DNA from: Williopsis jadinii
Taxonomy: Eukaryota
Direction of reading: 5' to 3'
DNA length: 64,000 nucleotides
Assembly: GCA_024346625.1 (NCBI GenBank)
Contig: AP024664.1
Span: forward strand, 3,596,001 to 3,660,000
In this document: positions 49,001 through 60,580 of the stretch, piece by piece
Layout of the letters: the number at the start of each line of letters is the position of its first letter
Numbering within the stretch: position 1 is the stretch's first letter
The notes under the pieces: generated by a model
Seen by the model: only the letters and a program-made list of their open reading frames with translations
Database searches by the model: none
What the model was told of the DNA's origin: nothing
Translations under genes and position numbers: made by a program

Positions 49001-50209
49001 ATGGCTTCAAGAACCCCATTTGCTCAGCACAGAAGAGCACTGGCCTACTACAAGGCGCAGAATCCTCATGTCATTGCCATGGAGAAAAGGGCCCACACCC
49101 AAGCCATCGAGGATTACTTTATGGATGTGTTCCAGAACTTGAATGCTTTGGAGCCAGCAACTCAATTGCAACCGGACTTGATTGCTACCCAACCAGAGAT
49201 CACCGTCGCAATGAGACCAATTTTGTTTGATTTTTTGCTTGATGTTCACTCGAGATTGAGACTTAGCGAGTCATCCTTCTACTTGACTATCAGCATTATT
49301 GATCGTTACTGCTCCTTGCGCATTGTTAGAAAGGATCACTTCCAGCTGCTCGGATTAACTGCCCTGTGGGTGGCGTCTAAGTTCATTGACCCAAAGCACA
49401 AGGTGCCATCATTGGCATTCCTCAGAGCTACATGCTGTAACTGTTACAAGCAATCTCTATTCTTGGAAATGGAGTGTCATATCCTGAAATCTCTGGACTG
49501 GGAAGTTGATGCACCAACTCACGATTCATTTATTGACCTTATCATTTTGGAGAAGTTACAGTCCAAACAGATTTCTGAAGACTCTGTTGAGGCCTTGAGC
49601 CACTTGGCAAGCTACATCTGCCATTTCTTGCAATTTCATCACAAGATCACCTTTAAATATACAATCTCGCAGGTTGCATTGGCATCGATTATCGCATCCA
49701 CTCGTGCCATTACGTTCCACAACGAGTTGATGTGTCAAGACATTTCACAAGGATCAACCATGGACTTCCTTGTCGATGAGGTTCTCAACACATTGCGCGA
49801 CTGTCAAGTTCCCTCAGCAGTTAAGAACAAGTTCCAACAGAGCCAGTCGGAGTACCTGGTGTACATGCAGATGTTGAACGACTACGCTTCGGATGATTCT
49901 CGTCGTCAACCACTGTGTGCACCAAGAACTCCTTACTACAGCTACCAGACGTCCCCAGTCTCTCGCCAGGGCTCCCACTCTGATTCTGACTCTGTCTTCA
50001 GCTCACGTGGCTCATCAAGCACTTTTGCGACACCGGCTTCGAGCTGCTCAGCCAGTCCCATGGAGCAGATGAAGAACCCTATATTCCAGAAACAGCAACA
50101 GCATGCACCAGCAGTAGCACAACCTCAATACACTTATAGTGTGGCGTCTTCTCAAGCACCACAGTTTGGAGGCTCTCTCTCTCGTAAGAGATCAAGATCG
50201 TCCAACTGA
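49001..50209 (+). CDS. CLN3: G1 cyclin, Cln3-like
   Basis: Cyclin box MRPILFDFLLDVH...IDRYCSLRIV...QLLGLTALWVASKF; PEST-like Ser/Pro tail; in the CLN3-GDS1-CIR2-CDC24 neighbourhood. Confidence 0.8.
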   Translation: MASRTPFAQHRRALAYYKAQNPHVIAMEKRAHTQAIEDYFMDVFQNLNALEPATQLQPDLIATQPEITVAMRPILFDFLLDVHSRLRLSESSFYLTISIIDRYCSLRIVRKDHFQLLGLTALWVASKFIDPKHKVPSLAFLRATCCNCYKQSLFLEMECHILKSLDWEVDAPTHDSFIDLIILEKLQSKQISEDSVEALSHLASYICHFLQFHHKITFKYTISQVALASIIASTRAITFHNELMCQDISQGSTMDFLVDEVLNTLRDCQVPSAVKNKFQQSQSEYLVYMQMLNDYASDDSRRQPLCAPRTPYYSYQTSPVSRQGSHSDSDSVFSSRGSSSTFATPASSCSASPMEQMKNPIFQKQQQHAPAVAQPQYTYSVASSQAPQFGGSLSRKRSRSSN

Positions 50210-50513
50210 TTTACGAATAACTCATGTGCAGTCGCTTTATGTCCTCTTGACCTAAACAACTTTTGGGGAATAGCAGCTGGATCTGTTATACAAATCCTCA
50301 AAAGTCTTCTCTTTTTTAGATATATACGGTATTCGGTGAACACAATGTGCGTGTTCTTCTTTTCGCCCAATACAATTACAATGGTTTTCTTCGTTTTAGC
50401 GTGTAGTGTGATGATGGTGTGATTATGGTGATGAAAAACGGAAAAGAGAGCTCATCACGGGCAATTTTTTCTTTCAGTTTACTACGGTATAAACGTACAA
50501 TTGGTGACAGACC

Positions 50514-52049
50514 ATGCCAATGAAGAAGTCCAAAGTGAACAGGAATGAGTATAAAGGGTTTCACCCTTCTGGTGGTGAAGTTCCACGCATCAATTTGGAG
50601 TCGTACACCAGTGACAAGTTTTACGAAGATTTTGTAAAGGCTCGGAAACCCGTTGTGATTGATGGCGTGATACCTGAGATTGACCTATCAAAATTCCAAC
50701 CAGATTCGATCCTGGATCTCCTAGGGGGCGATGAATTGCTTCTCGTGGAGAAGAAGGACAAAGGTGGATACGGCAGTGGCACTGAGAGATTGAAAATGAC
50801 GTTTCAGACGTTCATTGATACTCTGAAGAGTGGTGGTGATGACTACTATCTGACGACTCAGTACGCGGAGGATGATCCAGAAGAAGTACACCGTGCGTTG
50901 CAGCACAAGCTGGAGTTGGAGGAGAGTGAAGAAGAGGAAGAGGATGAGCAGGAGGATGGCGAAGTAGATACGGACTTGTCGAAAGATGCATTCTCGGATG
51001 CTGGATCCTTCGACCTTAACGATTTGCACGACGATTTTGAAGACGACGGCCTTGCCGAGGAATTCGACGAAGACGATGGGGAAGATGCAGGCTCCCTGGT
51101 GACTGATAAGCTCTCTGGCGAACCCCTTTACTCAACGGAAGCGGAGTGCCGTATCCAGGAGTGTCTACAGAAGCCACTGACGAAGCTCGCTAACAAGATC
51201 CCCTTACAGCCTTCAATTATGGACCGGCTTGTGCCACAGCAGATCAACTTGTGGGTTGGAAAGTACTCAACCACCAGTGATGAATATACTCCAGACCCGG
51301 CCTCCAAGGACTATGGTCTGGGAAGGCGTATATTCGGAGGAGGAGTATCATCAGGCCTACACCACGACCACGCCGATAACATCTACATCCCTGCCTGCGG
51401 CCATAAAAGGTTCACAATCTTTTCACCATTGGACGCGGACAAGATGTACACTGTGGGCAACATCCAGACCGTTTACCCGTCAGGTGTTATTGATTACAAG
51501 AATGACGAGAATGCGCCTGGATGGAGGACTCTGAGAAGCGACAGTGCCATAGAAACAGCAGTTGCACAGTGGAAGCTGGACCAAGGGTTAGAAAGCGACA
51601 AGCATCCACTGTTTTTACAGTCAATTGAGGAAGAGGAGAACGCATTGAAGGACTTTGAGACCAAAGCCATTGACTCACAAGGTGTCAAGAAGGATCCACC
51701 TTCATTCTCGAGAATTCCTGCGGCTTTGGTGCATTTGGACAAAGTTGAACCAAAGGAGCTACAGAGAGAATTGGCCCAGTTCCTAGAAGATACATGGCCA
51801 GAGTTCTCAAAGGCTCCAAGGTTGACAATTGACTTGAAGCCGGGACAGATGCTGTATTTGCCAGCTGGCTGGTTCCACGAGGTTACGTCTTTTGGCACAC
51901 CGGAGAGTAAGGACTTCCACATTGCATTGAACTACTGGTTCTCTCCTCCTAATGACGACGACAACGTGTACACCGATGAGTACTGGGCCCAGGACTTCCA
52001 GAGAACGCGTGCCTCATTCGAGCATCTGCTCAAGAAGAATCACATGTAA
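50514..52049 (+). CDS. JmjC/cupin-like domain protein with an acidic insertion
   Basis: QINLWVG, SGLHHDHADN (HxD), GQMLYLPAGWFHEVTS, HIALNYWF. Confidence 0.88.
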   Translation: MPMKKSKVNRNEYKGFHPSGGEVPRINLESYTSDKFYEDFVKARKPVVIDGVIPEIDLSKFQPDSILDLLGGDELLLVEKKDKGGYGSGTERLKMTFQTFIDTLKSGGDDYYLTTQYAEDDPEEVHRALQHKLELEESEEEEEDEQEDGEVDTDLSKDAFSDAGSFDLNDLHDDFEDDGLAEEFDEDDGEDAGSLVTDKLSGEPLYSTEAECRIQECLQKPLTKLANKIPLQPSIMDRLVPQQINLWVGKYSTTSDEYTPDPASKDYGLGRRIFGGGVSSGLHHDHADNIYIPACGHKRFTIFSPLDADKMYTVGNIQTVYPSGVIDYKNDENAPGWRTLRSDSAIETAVAQWKLDQGLESDKHPLFLQSIEEEENALKDFETKAIDSQGVKKDPPSFSRIPAALVHLDKVEPKELQRELAQFLEDTWPEFSKAPRLTIDLKPGQMLYLPAGWFHEVTSFGTPESKDFHIALNYWFSPPNDDDNVYTDEYWAQDFQRTRASFEHLLKKNHM

Positions 52050-53153
52050 AGTACGACAGAACAGAAAGGCACATGGACGTGGACCAGTTTACAGTGTGGC
52101 ATAGGAGGACTACATCCTACAGATATGGGACTAGCGTAAAAGTGTTGAATGCCAATACGCCATCTATTACGAACGAACAACGTCACATTGTAACACTTCA
52201 ATTGGCTAAGCGGTGGACACTTGTCCCCACGCTACAAAACACTCACATGGGGGCTTGTAATACCCGCAAACTCGAGCCAATGTACATCTTCAAGCACATA
52301 CATTGCACTGTATACATAGTAGGGTCTGTCACAAGGTGTGGCATTGAGTCTATTAGCGTTGGTGTTCGGGTGTTTGGTTGACGACACACATAGTGTGTAA
52401 ATATGAGCACACTGTGCGTAACTTTCAGCACTTTGCGTTATCAGTGGAGAGGTGAATGACACATTTTTCAAGATAACGCACTTACTGCATTTGGTTAATT
52501 GGCGAAAAAAAAAGCCCAAAGTGGTTTAGGGTTTCTGGAAGCGTAGGGCAAACGGTCTGTTCACCTTGGGTTGGTCATTTGCCATTCCTTCAACTGCCCT
52601 TTGTCCACCTTTTTGACGTATCGAGACTAAGCCTGGATATATATGGTGCCATTTTACCGTTAGCAAGGTCCATTTTGAGGTCCCTGACTGGATCAGCTTT
52701 TTGTTGCGAACCACGCGTCGAGTGTGGACAGTTCGTAAAATGTCTTCAGGCTCAAGTACAGCCAAGGAGCCAAAAATCAATTGGAAACCCCCATCATGTC
52801 ACACACACCATCACATGTAAAGTAACACCCACGATTGCACCCTTTCCAACCATTCAAGAACCCTATCCTTAATAACAAAAGAATACCACTAAAAATTTTG
52901 ACAGTCCTGTTTATGTGTCACGAACCGATCTCCTAAACCGAAAACGACAAAATTGCGCACTTTTGCGCACGCAAAAAAAAAAATTTCACTATTTCTGAGT
53001 GACGCACACCCCATACGAAAAACATCAAAAGTTTTCACTTTTTACCTTTGCAGGATCAAATTGTAGTTGTAGATATTGCTATCAAAGTTAACAAATCTCT
53101 TTGGGATTTACCAAACAAGAAGAATAAACAGAGGAAATAGAACTGATTAAGAT

Positions 53154-53322
53154 GTAAGTGTTATATTCTCGGTTTTTTATTTTTGTTTGTGTGTGTGAAA
53201 GTGCTTTAATGTTTAGAAGCACGTTTTCTATATGCAGCATTTTACTATGAACAGGAAGCCCGAAAATGACGATTTATCTCTTTAAAGAAGATCAAACGTA
53301 CTAACTTGCATTCGAAATCCAG
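53154..53322 (+). other. Putative spliceosomal intron in the GDS1 5' UTR
   Basis: GTAAGT donor at 53154, TACTAAC at 53299-53305, CAG acceptor at 53320-53322. Confidence 0.65.
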
Positions 53323-53747
53323 AGAATATAGAAAGAGTCAACACCCTTTTCTGTTCTGTTCGTTCTCTTCTTCTTTTTTTTCTCCTTTAGTTTTTTCTAT
53401 TGACATCTACTGAGCTGTGTGCGATCCAAGGCTACTGGGGTGAATCCATATATATACACATATACCCATCCTGGCTTAAACAACAAAGGAATACCAAGAG
53501 TTCATTTATTTGCATTGCCTTCGTTGAGACTTTGACTAATTTCTTCGAAAGCCGTATTTTGAACCAACTCTAGTTTTTTCTTTGCCATACGACCACACAA
53601 CCAAGCGTCAGTCTTTGTTACACTGCTACTTGAAGAAGACTGTTAAAGATTTTAACTAATCCTTTAACTGTTGTTCTCTCTCGTCCACTGTCCTTATTTG
53701 CTCCCGGTTTTTATTTTATCCCCGTCTGATTATTACATTCTTACAAG

Positions 53748-55127
53748 ATGGCTTTGGCAAACAGAAGACCTGTTGCTTTCCCTGTTAGTGAAGCAACTTC
53801 TACGTCATCTCCATCCTTTAAACCAAGCCGTTTGAGCTTGGATTCTGGCTACTCCGTGTCGAAGGCAGCTTCAAAGAAGATTGCTGCTGCATCCATAAAG
53901 GAGTCAACACCAGAGGAGTCTTTGAGTGGGTCAAGCTCCGAGGATGTTGAAGCTTCTCCTACAAGTTCCGTTGCAACCACTGTCTCCACAGGCTCTACAA
54001 AGCACAAGGAGAAGAAGGAAAAGAAGGAGAAGGTGAAAGGTTCTTCAAGACAACCAATCGCTACTGGTATCTCTACAACTATCCCTGTGACTGGTGAAAG
54101 ACCACGTCCTCAAGAACACAAGTCACTGGACGATAACGTTCTCTTTGCAATCTTTGAAATCTTGTATGAGAAGGATCCTGAAGGGAAAGGTATGACAGTT
54201 AAACAAATTTGTGATATCCTTGTTGAGAGACATCCAGAAATGGCTAACTTGTCCTCAAAGACATCCAACCTCGTCTCTGCAAAGTTGAATGCCTACGTCA
54301 AGAGAATTGAAAAAGGAGAGAAATCCTTGATCTATGCTCTCTCTAGAGAATGGGCAGACGCTTCTCCAAAGAGAATGGTGTACGTTTACCGTGGAATGCT
54401 TGCTCCAGACTTCTTTGTCCATGCACTGGCTGCGATTGAAACGCAAAAGGCTGCTGAAAACACCTCTAGTGCTCAAGACCGTAAGTCATTGGACAAAGCA
54501 CTGAAGGAGGACACACCTACCCGTGAGGGAGAGATGAAGAGACGTGCCACTGCCTTTGATTTGGGTATCAACAGAAATTCATTTGCAGATTTGCAATTGG
54601 ATCTGACCTTACCGAACATTGCTATACCGTACTCTTCTGCTCCTGTCACCGCTTCTCTAGGAATTGGTGCTACCCTTGATACTGAAGGTGCATTCAAGAA
54701 GGCTCTTGCGTTTAAGAAGGATACCAACACTGCTGTTTCTGACGATGACTTTGACGCATTTGACCAATTTGACGATTCGTTTGACACTGATGACATTCGT
54801 CCTTCTTTCAGAGCAAACAAGCGTTCCAAATCCATGTCGTACCTGCAATCCAAGAAGATGCGTACTTTGACCGTTGCTGCTGCTGCTCCACGTTTATCAA
54901 AGGCCAAATCTACAAGTTCACCTTCCGCTGCTGCTGCTGCTGCTGCGCTTCATGCCGCAGCATTGGAGGGCCTTTCACCAGCTAGTGTTTCATCGCCGGA
55001 GTATTCCAGCAACGAAACTCCGGTTGCTGCTAAATGGTTACAAGCTGTTAGAAACGGGTTTTTAACACAGGACATTGAAACACCAGAGAGCACGTCACTT
55101 GCTGAACTGGATTCGATGTTTGCTTAA
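53748..55127 (+). CDS. GDS1: Gds1 protein (winged-helix-like conserved domain)
   Basis: MALANRRP, TGISTTIPVTGERP, NLVSAKLNAYVKR, SREWADASPKRMVYVYRG, C-terminal VRNGFLTQDIETPES; adjacent to CIR2. Confidence 0.9.
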   Translation: MALANRRPVAFPVSEATSTSSPSFKPSRLSLDSGYSVSKAASKKIAAASIKESTPEESLSGSSSEDVEASPTSSVATTVSTGSTKHKEKKEKKEKVKGSSRQPIATGISTTIPVTGERPRPQEHKSLDDNVLFAIFEILYEKDPEGKGMTVKQICDILVERHPEMANLSSKTSNLVSAKLNAYVKRIEKGEKSLIYALSREWADASPKRMVYVYRGMLAPDFFVHALAAIETQKAAENTSSAQDRKSLDKALKEDTPTREGEMKRRATAFDLGINRNSFADLQLDLTLPNIAIPYSSAPVTASLGIGATLDTEGAFKKALAFKKDTNTAVSDDDFDAFDQFDDSFDTDDIRPSFRANKRSKSMSYLQSKKMRTLTVAAAAPRLSKAKSTSSPSAAAAAAALHAAALEGLSPASVSSPEYSSNETPVAAKWLQAVRNGFLTQDIETPESTSLAELDSMFA

Positions 55128-56132
55128 GAAACTCATTTATACATTGTTCTATGTGGCTACACACATAGCCAAACCATCATCTCCTTTTCATTTCCACCGA
55201 CATTTAGATCCTACAGTTTTGTTTCTCCAATTTCATTGTGTTTTCCCATTTGATTGCTTTTACATCACTCTTTTTTTTGACTGTCCAGAACACCTTTTTC
55301 TATTACTATTCATCGTGGACTATCATATACTCTCGATTGGTCAAACCAGACACTTGACGAACAACACCCTCCATCTCATCATCCTGTGAGTTTGCTCTGA
55401 TTCTTTTACTCTATCATATGTCACAATCTCACCGCCTCCGACATGAACACTTTGCTGTTCAATCTTCATGCTTCTTAAACGACCAATTATCTTATATATA
55501 CACCTCTATGTATACAAACATACGCTCATGCCAGCCACCGTGGCGTCCTGTTGTTTGCTTTATCCTATAAGTACCTGTTTCTAATGACCTCATGATATAT
55601 GATTTCCTCGTTCTCTCACACCAAACTGTACAAAGCGTTGACATTATGACCCTGACGCACGCGTAATGCACAATAGGCGCGACGTGGCGCGTGTGTGCTT
55701 ACATAAGCAAAAACGATTTCAGGCTCGCAAAATGAAAAAATTGCACAGTCCGGAAGTATGCATCCGAAAGTATGATCACGTTGGATTGGAAGATCAAGCA
55801 CTTTTCCAGGGGGAAGCAGCGTAGACTAAGCAGACGGTAGTGGTGGCAGTAGGCACCCATGCTCAGTAGTTGATTTTCAGCGATTTATACCAGTTTTTTC
55901 CGCTGCTTAATACCTCGTAAAACAGGTGAGTAATCGCCAATTTGCGCTATCCCATTGGCCGGTACAGGGTGGCTTTCTGCCTGCATGGGCCCGAGCGGAA
56001 AATTAGAGGGAAGAGTCAGCGATGAGACGAAGGCAGAAGTGGATAAATAAGCTGTGACTTTTCCACATTTGGAGGGAAGAAAGAACGTTTGCTTGCTTTC
56101 CCACCGGTAGTTGAGACCTACGTTTGTTAGTG

Positions 56133-58085
56133 ATGTCGCTAAGAAGGGCCATTAGACAAGAACTGAGACTGTGTTCGAGATTTCGGCTGAGCTCGTCGGC
56201 TCTTGGTGTGTCGATGAGATGCAACCTGAGCACACTACGTTCAGCCAACACGAGATGCTTTTCCACGTCTAGGCTCAATCTGAAGTCGACAGAGGTTAGA
56301 TTTGACGAGATGGATAGTGAAGTCCAGGAGCTGCTGAACGAGGAAAGAGCTGTTGATAAAGTGGACGTGTGTATCGTCGGTGGTGGTCCTGCTGGTTTGG
56401 CTGCTGCTATTAAGCTGAAGCAATTGCAGTTGGAGAACGAGGACGGTAGGGACATCAGAGTTGTGTTGTTGGAAAAAGCACCGGATATGGGGTCCCATAT
56501 CGTTAGTGGTGCTGTTATAGAACCAAGAGCATTCAAAGAGCTCTTCCCAGATAGTGAATATGTGGATGAAAAGGGAGAAGGAATCCCACTTCCACCGGAG
56601 CTTGTCACCGTGGTTGAGGAGGAGTCCTTGAGATTTCTGTATGGCGACCTGGCCATCCCACTACCGGAGCCTCCACAGATGCTTAACAAAGGTGTCAATT
56701 ATATCGTATCTCTCAGTGAAGTGGTTAAGCACCTAGCAGAGACTGCAGAGGAACTCGGTGTAGAGGTGTATCCTAGTACTTCTGTTGCTGAGGTGCTCTA
56801 TAACTCTGAAGGTGCTGTCAAAGGTGTTGCTACAAAGGACATGGGCATAGGCAGAGATGGTGTTCCAAAGGATACATTTGAGAGAGGTATGGAGTTCCAC
56901 GCTAGAGTCACTGTCTTTGCCGAAGGCTGTCACGGCTCTTTGTCCAAGGAAGTAATAAACAGGTTCAAATTAAGAGAAGGAAGACAGGCCCAGACTTATG
57001 GCTTGGGAATCAAGGAGGTTTGGGAGGTGGAGCCATCCAAGTTCAAGAAGGGGTACATCTCACACTCTCTTGGATACCCACTGGATTATGAGACCTATGG
57101 TGGTGGTTTCATGTACCACTTTGGAGACGGCCTTGTCTCTGTTGGTCTCGTGGTTGGGCTTGATTACAAGAACCCATGGATCTCACCTTACCAGGAGTTC
57201 CAGAGAATGAAGCAACACCCCTTCTATAGAAAAACCCTAGAAGGCGGTAAGTGCATATCATATGGTGCTAGAGCATTGAACGAAGGTGGCTGGCAGTCAG
57301 TTCCAAAACTCCATTTCCCAGGTGGTGTTCTCGTTGGTGCTTCTGCCGGCTTCATGAACGTTCCAAAGGTTAAGGGAACCCATAATGCCGTTAAGACTGG
57401 TATGCTTGCAGCAGAGTCCATTTTTAACAGAATATCTCCTATGGAGAAGATTATGACAGAGGAAGACGAAGAGTACGATCCTGAAATCCACGATGTCGAA
57501 GAGCCTTCTATCGATCTTCCGGAATATGAAAAGGCTTACAAGAATTCGTGGGTTTATGACGAACTGTACGAAGTTCGTAACCTGAGACCATCATTCGGAT
57601 CAGGACTCGGCTTAATTGGTGGTATTGCATACTCTGGCTTGGACTCGCTTCTCCTCAAGGGACAAGTTGCCTGGACATTTGATCATCACAAGTCGGATGC
57701 TGAATTGACCAAGCCAGCTGATCAATATGAAAAGATTGACTATCCAAAACCTGATGGTAAGGTCACATTCGACATTCTCACATCAGTCTCGAGAACTGGT
57801 ACACACCATGACGAAGATGAGAGAAACCACCTACGTATTCCAGACCAGGATCCAGAAGAGCACACCGAGAAGGCATGGCCAAAGTTCAAAGGAGTTGAAA
57901 ACAGGTTTTGTCCAGCTGGAGTCTACGAATATGTTGAAGACGAAACGAGCAAACATGGAGTCAAGTTTCAAATCAACTCACAGAATTGTATCCACTGCAA
58001 AACTTGTGATATCAAAGTTCCAACCCAAGATATCAACTGGACAGTTCCAGAAGGTGGTGATGGTCCAAAGTACGTCATGACCTGA
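56133..58085 (+). CDS. CIR2: Electron transfer flavoprotein-ubiquinone oxidoreductase
   Basis: VGGGPAGL FAD motif, GMEFHAR, YGARALNEGG, CPAGVYE, CIHCKTCDIK 4Fe-4S motif; mitochondrial presequence. Confidence 0.96.
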   Translation: MSLRRAIRQELRLCSRFRLSSSALGVSMRCNLSTLRSANTRCFSTSRLNLKSTEVRFDEMDSEVQELLNEERAVDKVDVCIVGGGPAGLAAAIKLKQLQLENEDGRDIRVVLLEKAPDMGSHIVSGAVIEPRAFKELFPDSEYVDEKGEGIPLPPELVTVVEEESLRFLYGDLAIPLPEPPQMLNKGVNYIVSLSEVVKHLAETAEELGVEVYPSTSVAEVLYNSEGAVKGVATKDMGIGRDGVPKDTFERGMEFHARVTVFAEGCHGSLSKEVINRFKLREGRQAQTYGLGIKEVWEVEPSKFKKGYISHSLGYPLDYETYGGGFMYHFGDGLVSVGLVVGLDYKNPWISPYQEFQRMKQHPFYRKTLEGGKCISYGARALNEGGWQSVPKLHFPGGVLVGASAGFMNVPKVKGTHNAVKTGMLAAESIFNRISPMEKIMTEEDEEYDPEIHDVEEPSIDLPEYEKAYKNSWVYDELYEVRNLRPSFGSGLGLIGGIAYSGLDSLLLKGQVAWTFDHHKSDAELTKPADQYEKIDYPKPDGKVTFDILTSVSRTGTHHDEDERNHLRIPDQDPEEHTEKAWPKFKGVENRFCPAGVYEYVEDETSKHGVKFQINSQNCIHCKTCDIKVPTQDINWTVPEGGDGPKYVMT

Positions 58086-58279
58086 TCCATATATTTATCA
58101 ATAGTCATTAATTTCATATGGCCCTGTAATAATATCTCATAAGAATACAGTTATATTAGACATGTGCTATGGTGCAAAGCGATGTATATATTATATGTCA
58201 TGATCATTGAGTAACCAAAAGAAAGCAAGGCAAAAATGTCCAAAAAGCATTTTAGTTAAAGGGTCTCAGCATAAACTCA

Positions 58280-60580
58280 TTAAGCGACACTGACGGTCAA
58301 AACTTTATCACCTCCTTCTCTAATCATCTCCTTCACCATCAACCAATCATCTTCGCTAGCGATAACAATGAAATCACCGTCCTCGTCTTGGTATTTGACT
58401 TTACCTGTCATTGCACCACCACATTGTTTGATCTTCTTCTCAATCTTGTTCATAAACTCAGTAACGGGAACATCCAAAGGAATCATCATTGTGAATATGT
58501 CTTTATCATACAGTAACTTCACAATTACATTATTACTTGGAAGAGAACCCTTATAGGGGTCTGAGATTGATCTTTTGCTCTGCAATGAATCAATGGTTCC
58601 ACGCCTCGACGTTTGTACTTCGGACTTTTGCCTGGTGTGTGAAAATGGAGAGTTCGTCTGACCAATGTCAGAATTTGTTCTGGTCAAATACGAAGATCTG
58701 GCAGAACTGTACAAGGATACGCCATTACTTCGTCTATCGCCAACAGTCATCTGGCTGAAATTGGATGTAGTTTGGTACTCATCTTGAATATTCACAACCA
58801 GTTTTCTGATGCAATTTTCCCAATTGGTTCTTGTCTCTTCGTTCTTGAACTTCATCAAGAAGGAGCCTGTGTCTTTAACACCTGACCAAGAGATGTTCAA
58901 CTGACGCGGACTCACACTATTGATGTTGTAAATGTTTGCAATTGATATTCTTCCCTTCAGCTCTAATCCCAACAGCTCCTGAGCGTTTACCGTTAAGGTT
59001 GACGATGATTTCTTCATCAAATTCAACGTTGGTTTCTTCTGCTGTGCATATATCTCTTTGAAAAAGATTATGATGTTTTCAAAGAGGTAAACTTGGAACG
59101 TTCTTTCATCTGAGGCTCGCGAGTTGTCATTGACCGTGACCTTATCAAAGAACAACAATTCACCGAAGCTGTGAACATTGTAGCCTTTCCAATCAACAAC
59201 CATATCGTATAGTTTTTTCAAAACCTCAACATTTTCTATACGTCTTTGGTTTTCGTTGAGATCATTGGCAATCTTTTTGGATATTTCCAATGCTGTAACC
59301 AACTCGTTGTAATTAGCAGCAGAAGGTTCTGTAACCTTCACAAGCTGCTTCAAAAGAAGCGGATATTTACATAGCCTCTGAACCGGCTTCAAAATGAAAC
59401 TTTGTAGTTCAAAATCATTTGCGATAATTAAGTCAGGGTTACTTCCCATCAAGGGGCTCGCGTTCATAAAGTCAATTGCAGCCTTTTGACCAATTGACCA
59501 AGGTTCATAAAGTTTGAAGTATGACTGTGCATGGATGAATATCGACCCAACTCGCTGATACTTTTGATCGACAATACCATTTATCTCCAGAGATATCAAC
59601 ACACGTCTTTGGTAATCCAAAATGTTATCCAAGTTCGGGAACAACATGTACAAATCATCCGATGGGATGATATTATACTCCAGAAGCTGGGCCTTGTACT
59701 TCACTAAGGTTTGTAAATCGTCAATGTACTTTCTCTCTGTTTCGATCAGCTCCTTCAATATCCTTGGAACCGATTCAAGCTTCTGTATTTCATCCTCCAG
59801 CTCTAAAGGTGGGAAGATTGAAGGGCATGAATCTATAACCTTGTTTATAACTGATATGATCTTTATCAAGTCATTGGTCTCTGTGGAGAACACATCAGAG
59901 ATGGTGAACAGCTCCAACTGTCCAAAGTCCAAATGTGTCTTACAAGCCAATATGAAGTCGTAAATCGACTTCTTGCAGGTCTTCAAGTCGTCTGAAGATA
60001 TCACTGGCAACGAATTTTCAGGCTTGACCAAGTTGAATATAACACACAGTGGTGAACCCTGCTGGAACAGAGCCCAAAGCTGAGTCGCTGGATCACAACT
60101 CACAGTAGCTGGTAGCACACCGGCATGGAAGGTCAGCAGTGCAGCAGGTGCAGGTGTTGTCGGAGCAGTTGTGGAATCATCACTTAGCGTACTGAATGTT
60201 GAAAAGCTACTCACTCGTACGTTACTCTGTGAGCTGTAGCTGTTATGCGCGCTTGTAATGCCACTCGAGCTCGAGCTTCTGTGCTTTTGCGATAGCCCAA
60301 GGGCCTGGTTCTCAGATATAACCTCAGCGCTTGAGTAGGCCAGGTTCAGGTATGGTTTCAGCTGCGGTACAACTTCCAGTCTCTTCTTCAGCGTGAGACA
60401 TATGTAGTATAGCGAATCGCTAGCATTGACATGTTTGTTCAAGAGATTCAGCGTCGTGTTGTTCTGAGCCGCCAGGTTCACATGCGAGTTGTTGCTCGAC
60501 GTTACACGGGACCCCGGGATGGAGTGAGAGACGCTCGACTGGGAATTGGTCCTATTTGCTAGGAACCCATTGGAGCTCAT
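58280..60580 (-). CDS. CDC24: Cdc42 guanine nucleotide exchange factor Cdc24 (CH, DH, PH, PB1 domains)
   Basis: FQQGSPLCVIFN, ELIETERKY, LKPVQRLCKYPLLL, C-terminal KYQDEDGDF; first ATG at 60580. Confidence 0.95.
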   Translation of the reverse strand: MSSNGFLANRTNSQSSVSHSIPGSRVTSSNNSHVNLAAQNNTTLNLLNKHVNASDSLYYICLTLKKRLEVVPQLKPYLNLAYSSAEVISENQALGLSQKHRSSSSSGITSAHNSYSSQSNVRVSSFSTFSTLSDDSTTAPTTPAPAALLTFHAGVLPATVSCDPATQLWALFQQGSPLCVIFNLVKPENSLPVISSDDLKTCKKSIYDFILACKTHLDFGQLELFTISDVFSTETNDLIKIISVINKVIDSCPSIFPPLELEDEIQKLESVPRILKELIETERKYIDDLQTLVKYKAQLLEYNIIPSDDLYMLFPNLDNILDYQRRVLISLEINGIVDQKYQRVGSIFIHAQSYFKLYEPWSIGQKAAIDFMNASPLMGSNPDLIIANDFELQSFILKPVQRLCKYPLLLKQLVKVTEPSAANYNELVTALEISKKIANDLNENQRRIENVEVLKKLYDMVVDWKGYNVHSFGELLFFDKVTVNDNSRASDERTFQVYLFENIIIFFKEIYAQQKKPTLNLMKKSSSTLTVNAQELLGLELKGRISIANIYNINSVSPRQLNISWSGVKDTGSFLMKFKNEETRTNWENCIRKLVVNIQDEYQTTSNFSQMTVGDRRSNGVSLYSSARSSYLTRTNSDIGQTNSPFSHTRQKSEVQTSRRGTIDSLQSKRSISDPYKGSLPSNNVIVKLLYDKDIFTMMIPLDVPVTEFMNKIEKKIKQCGGAMTGKVKYQDEDGDFIVIASEDDWLMVKEMIREGGDKVLTVSVA

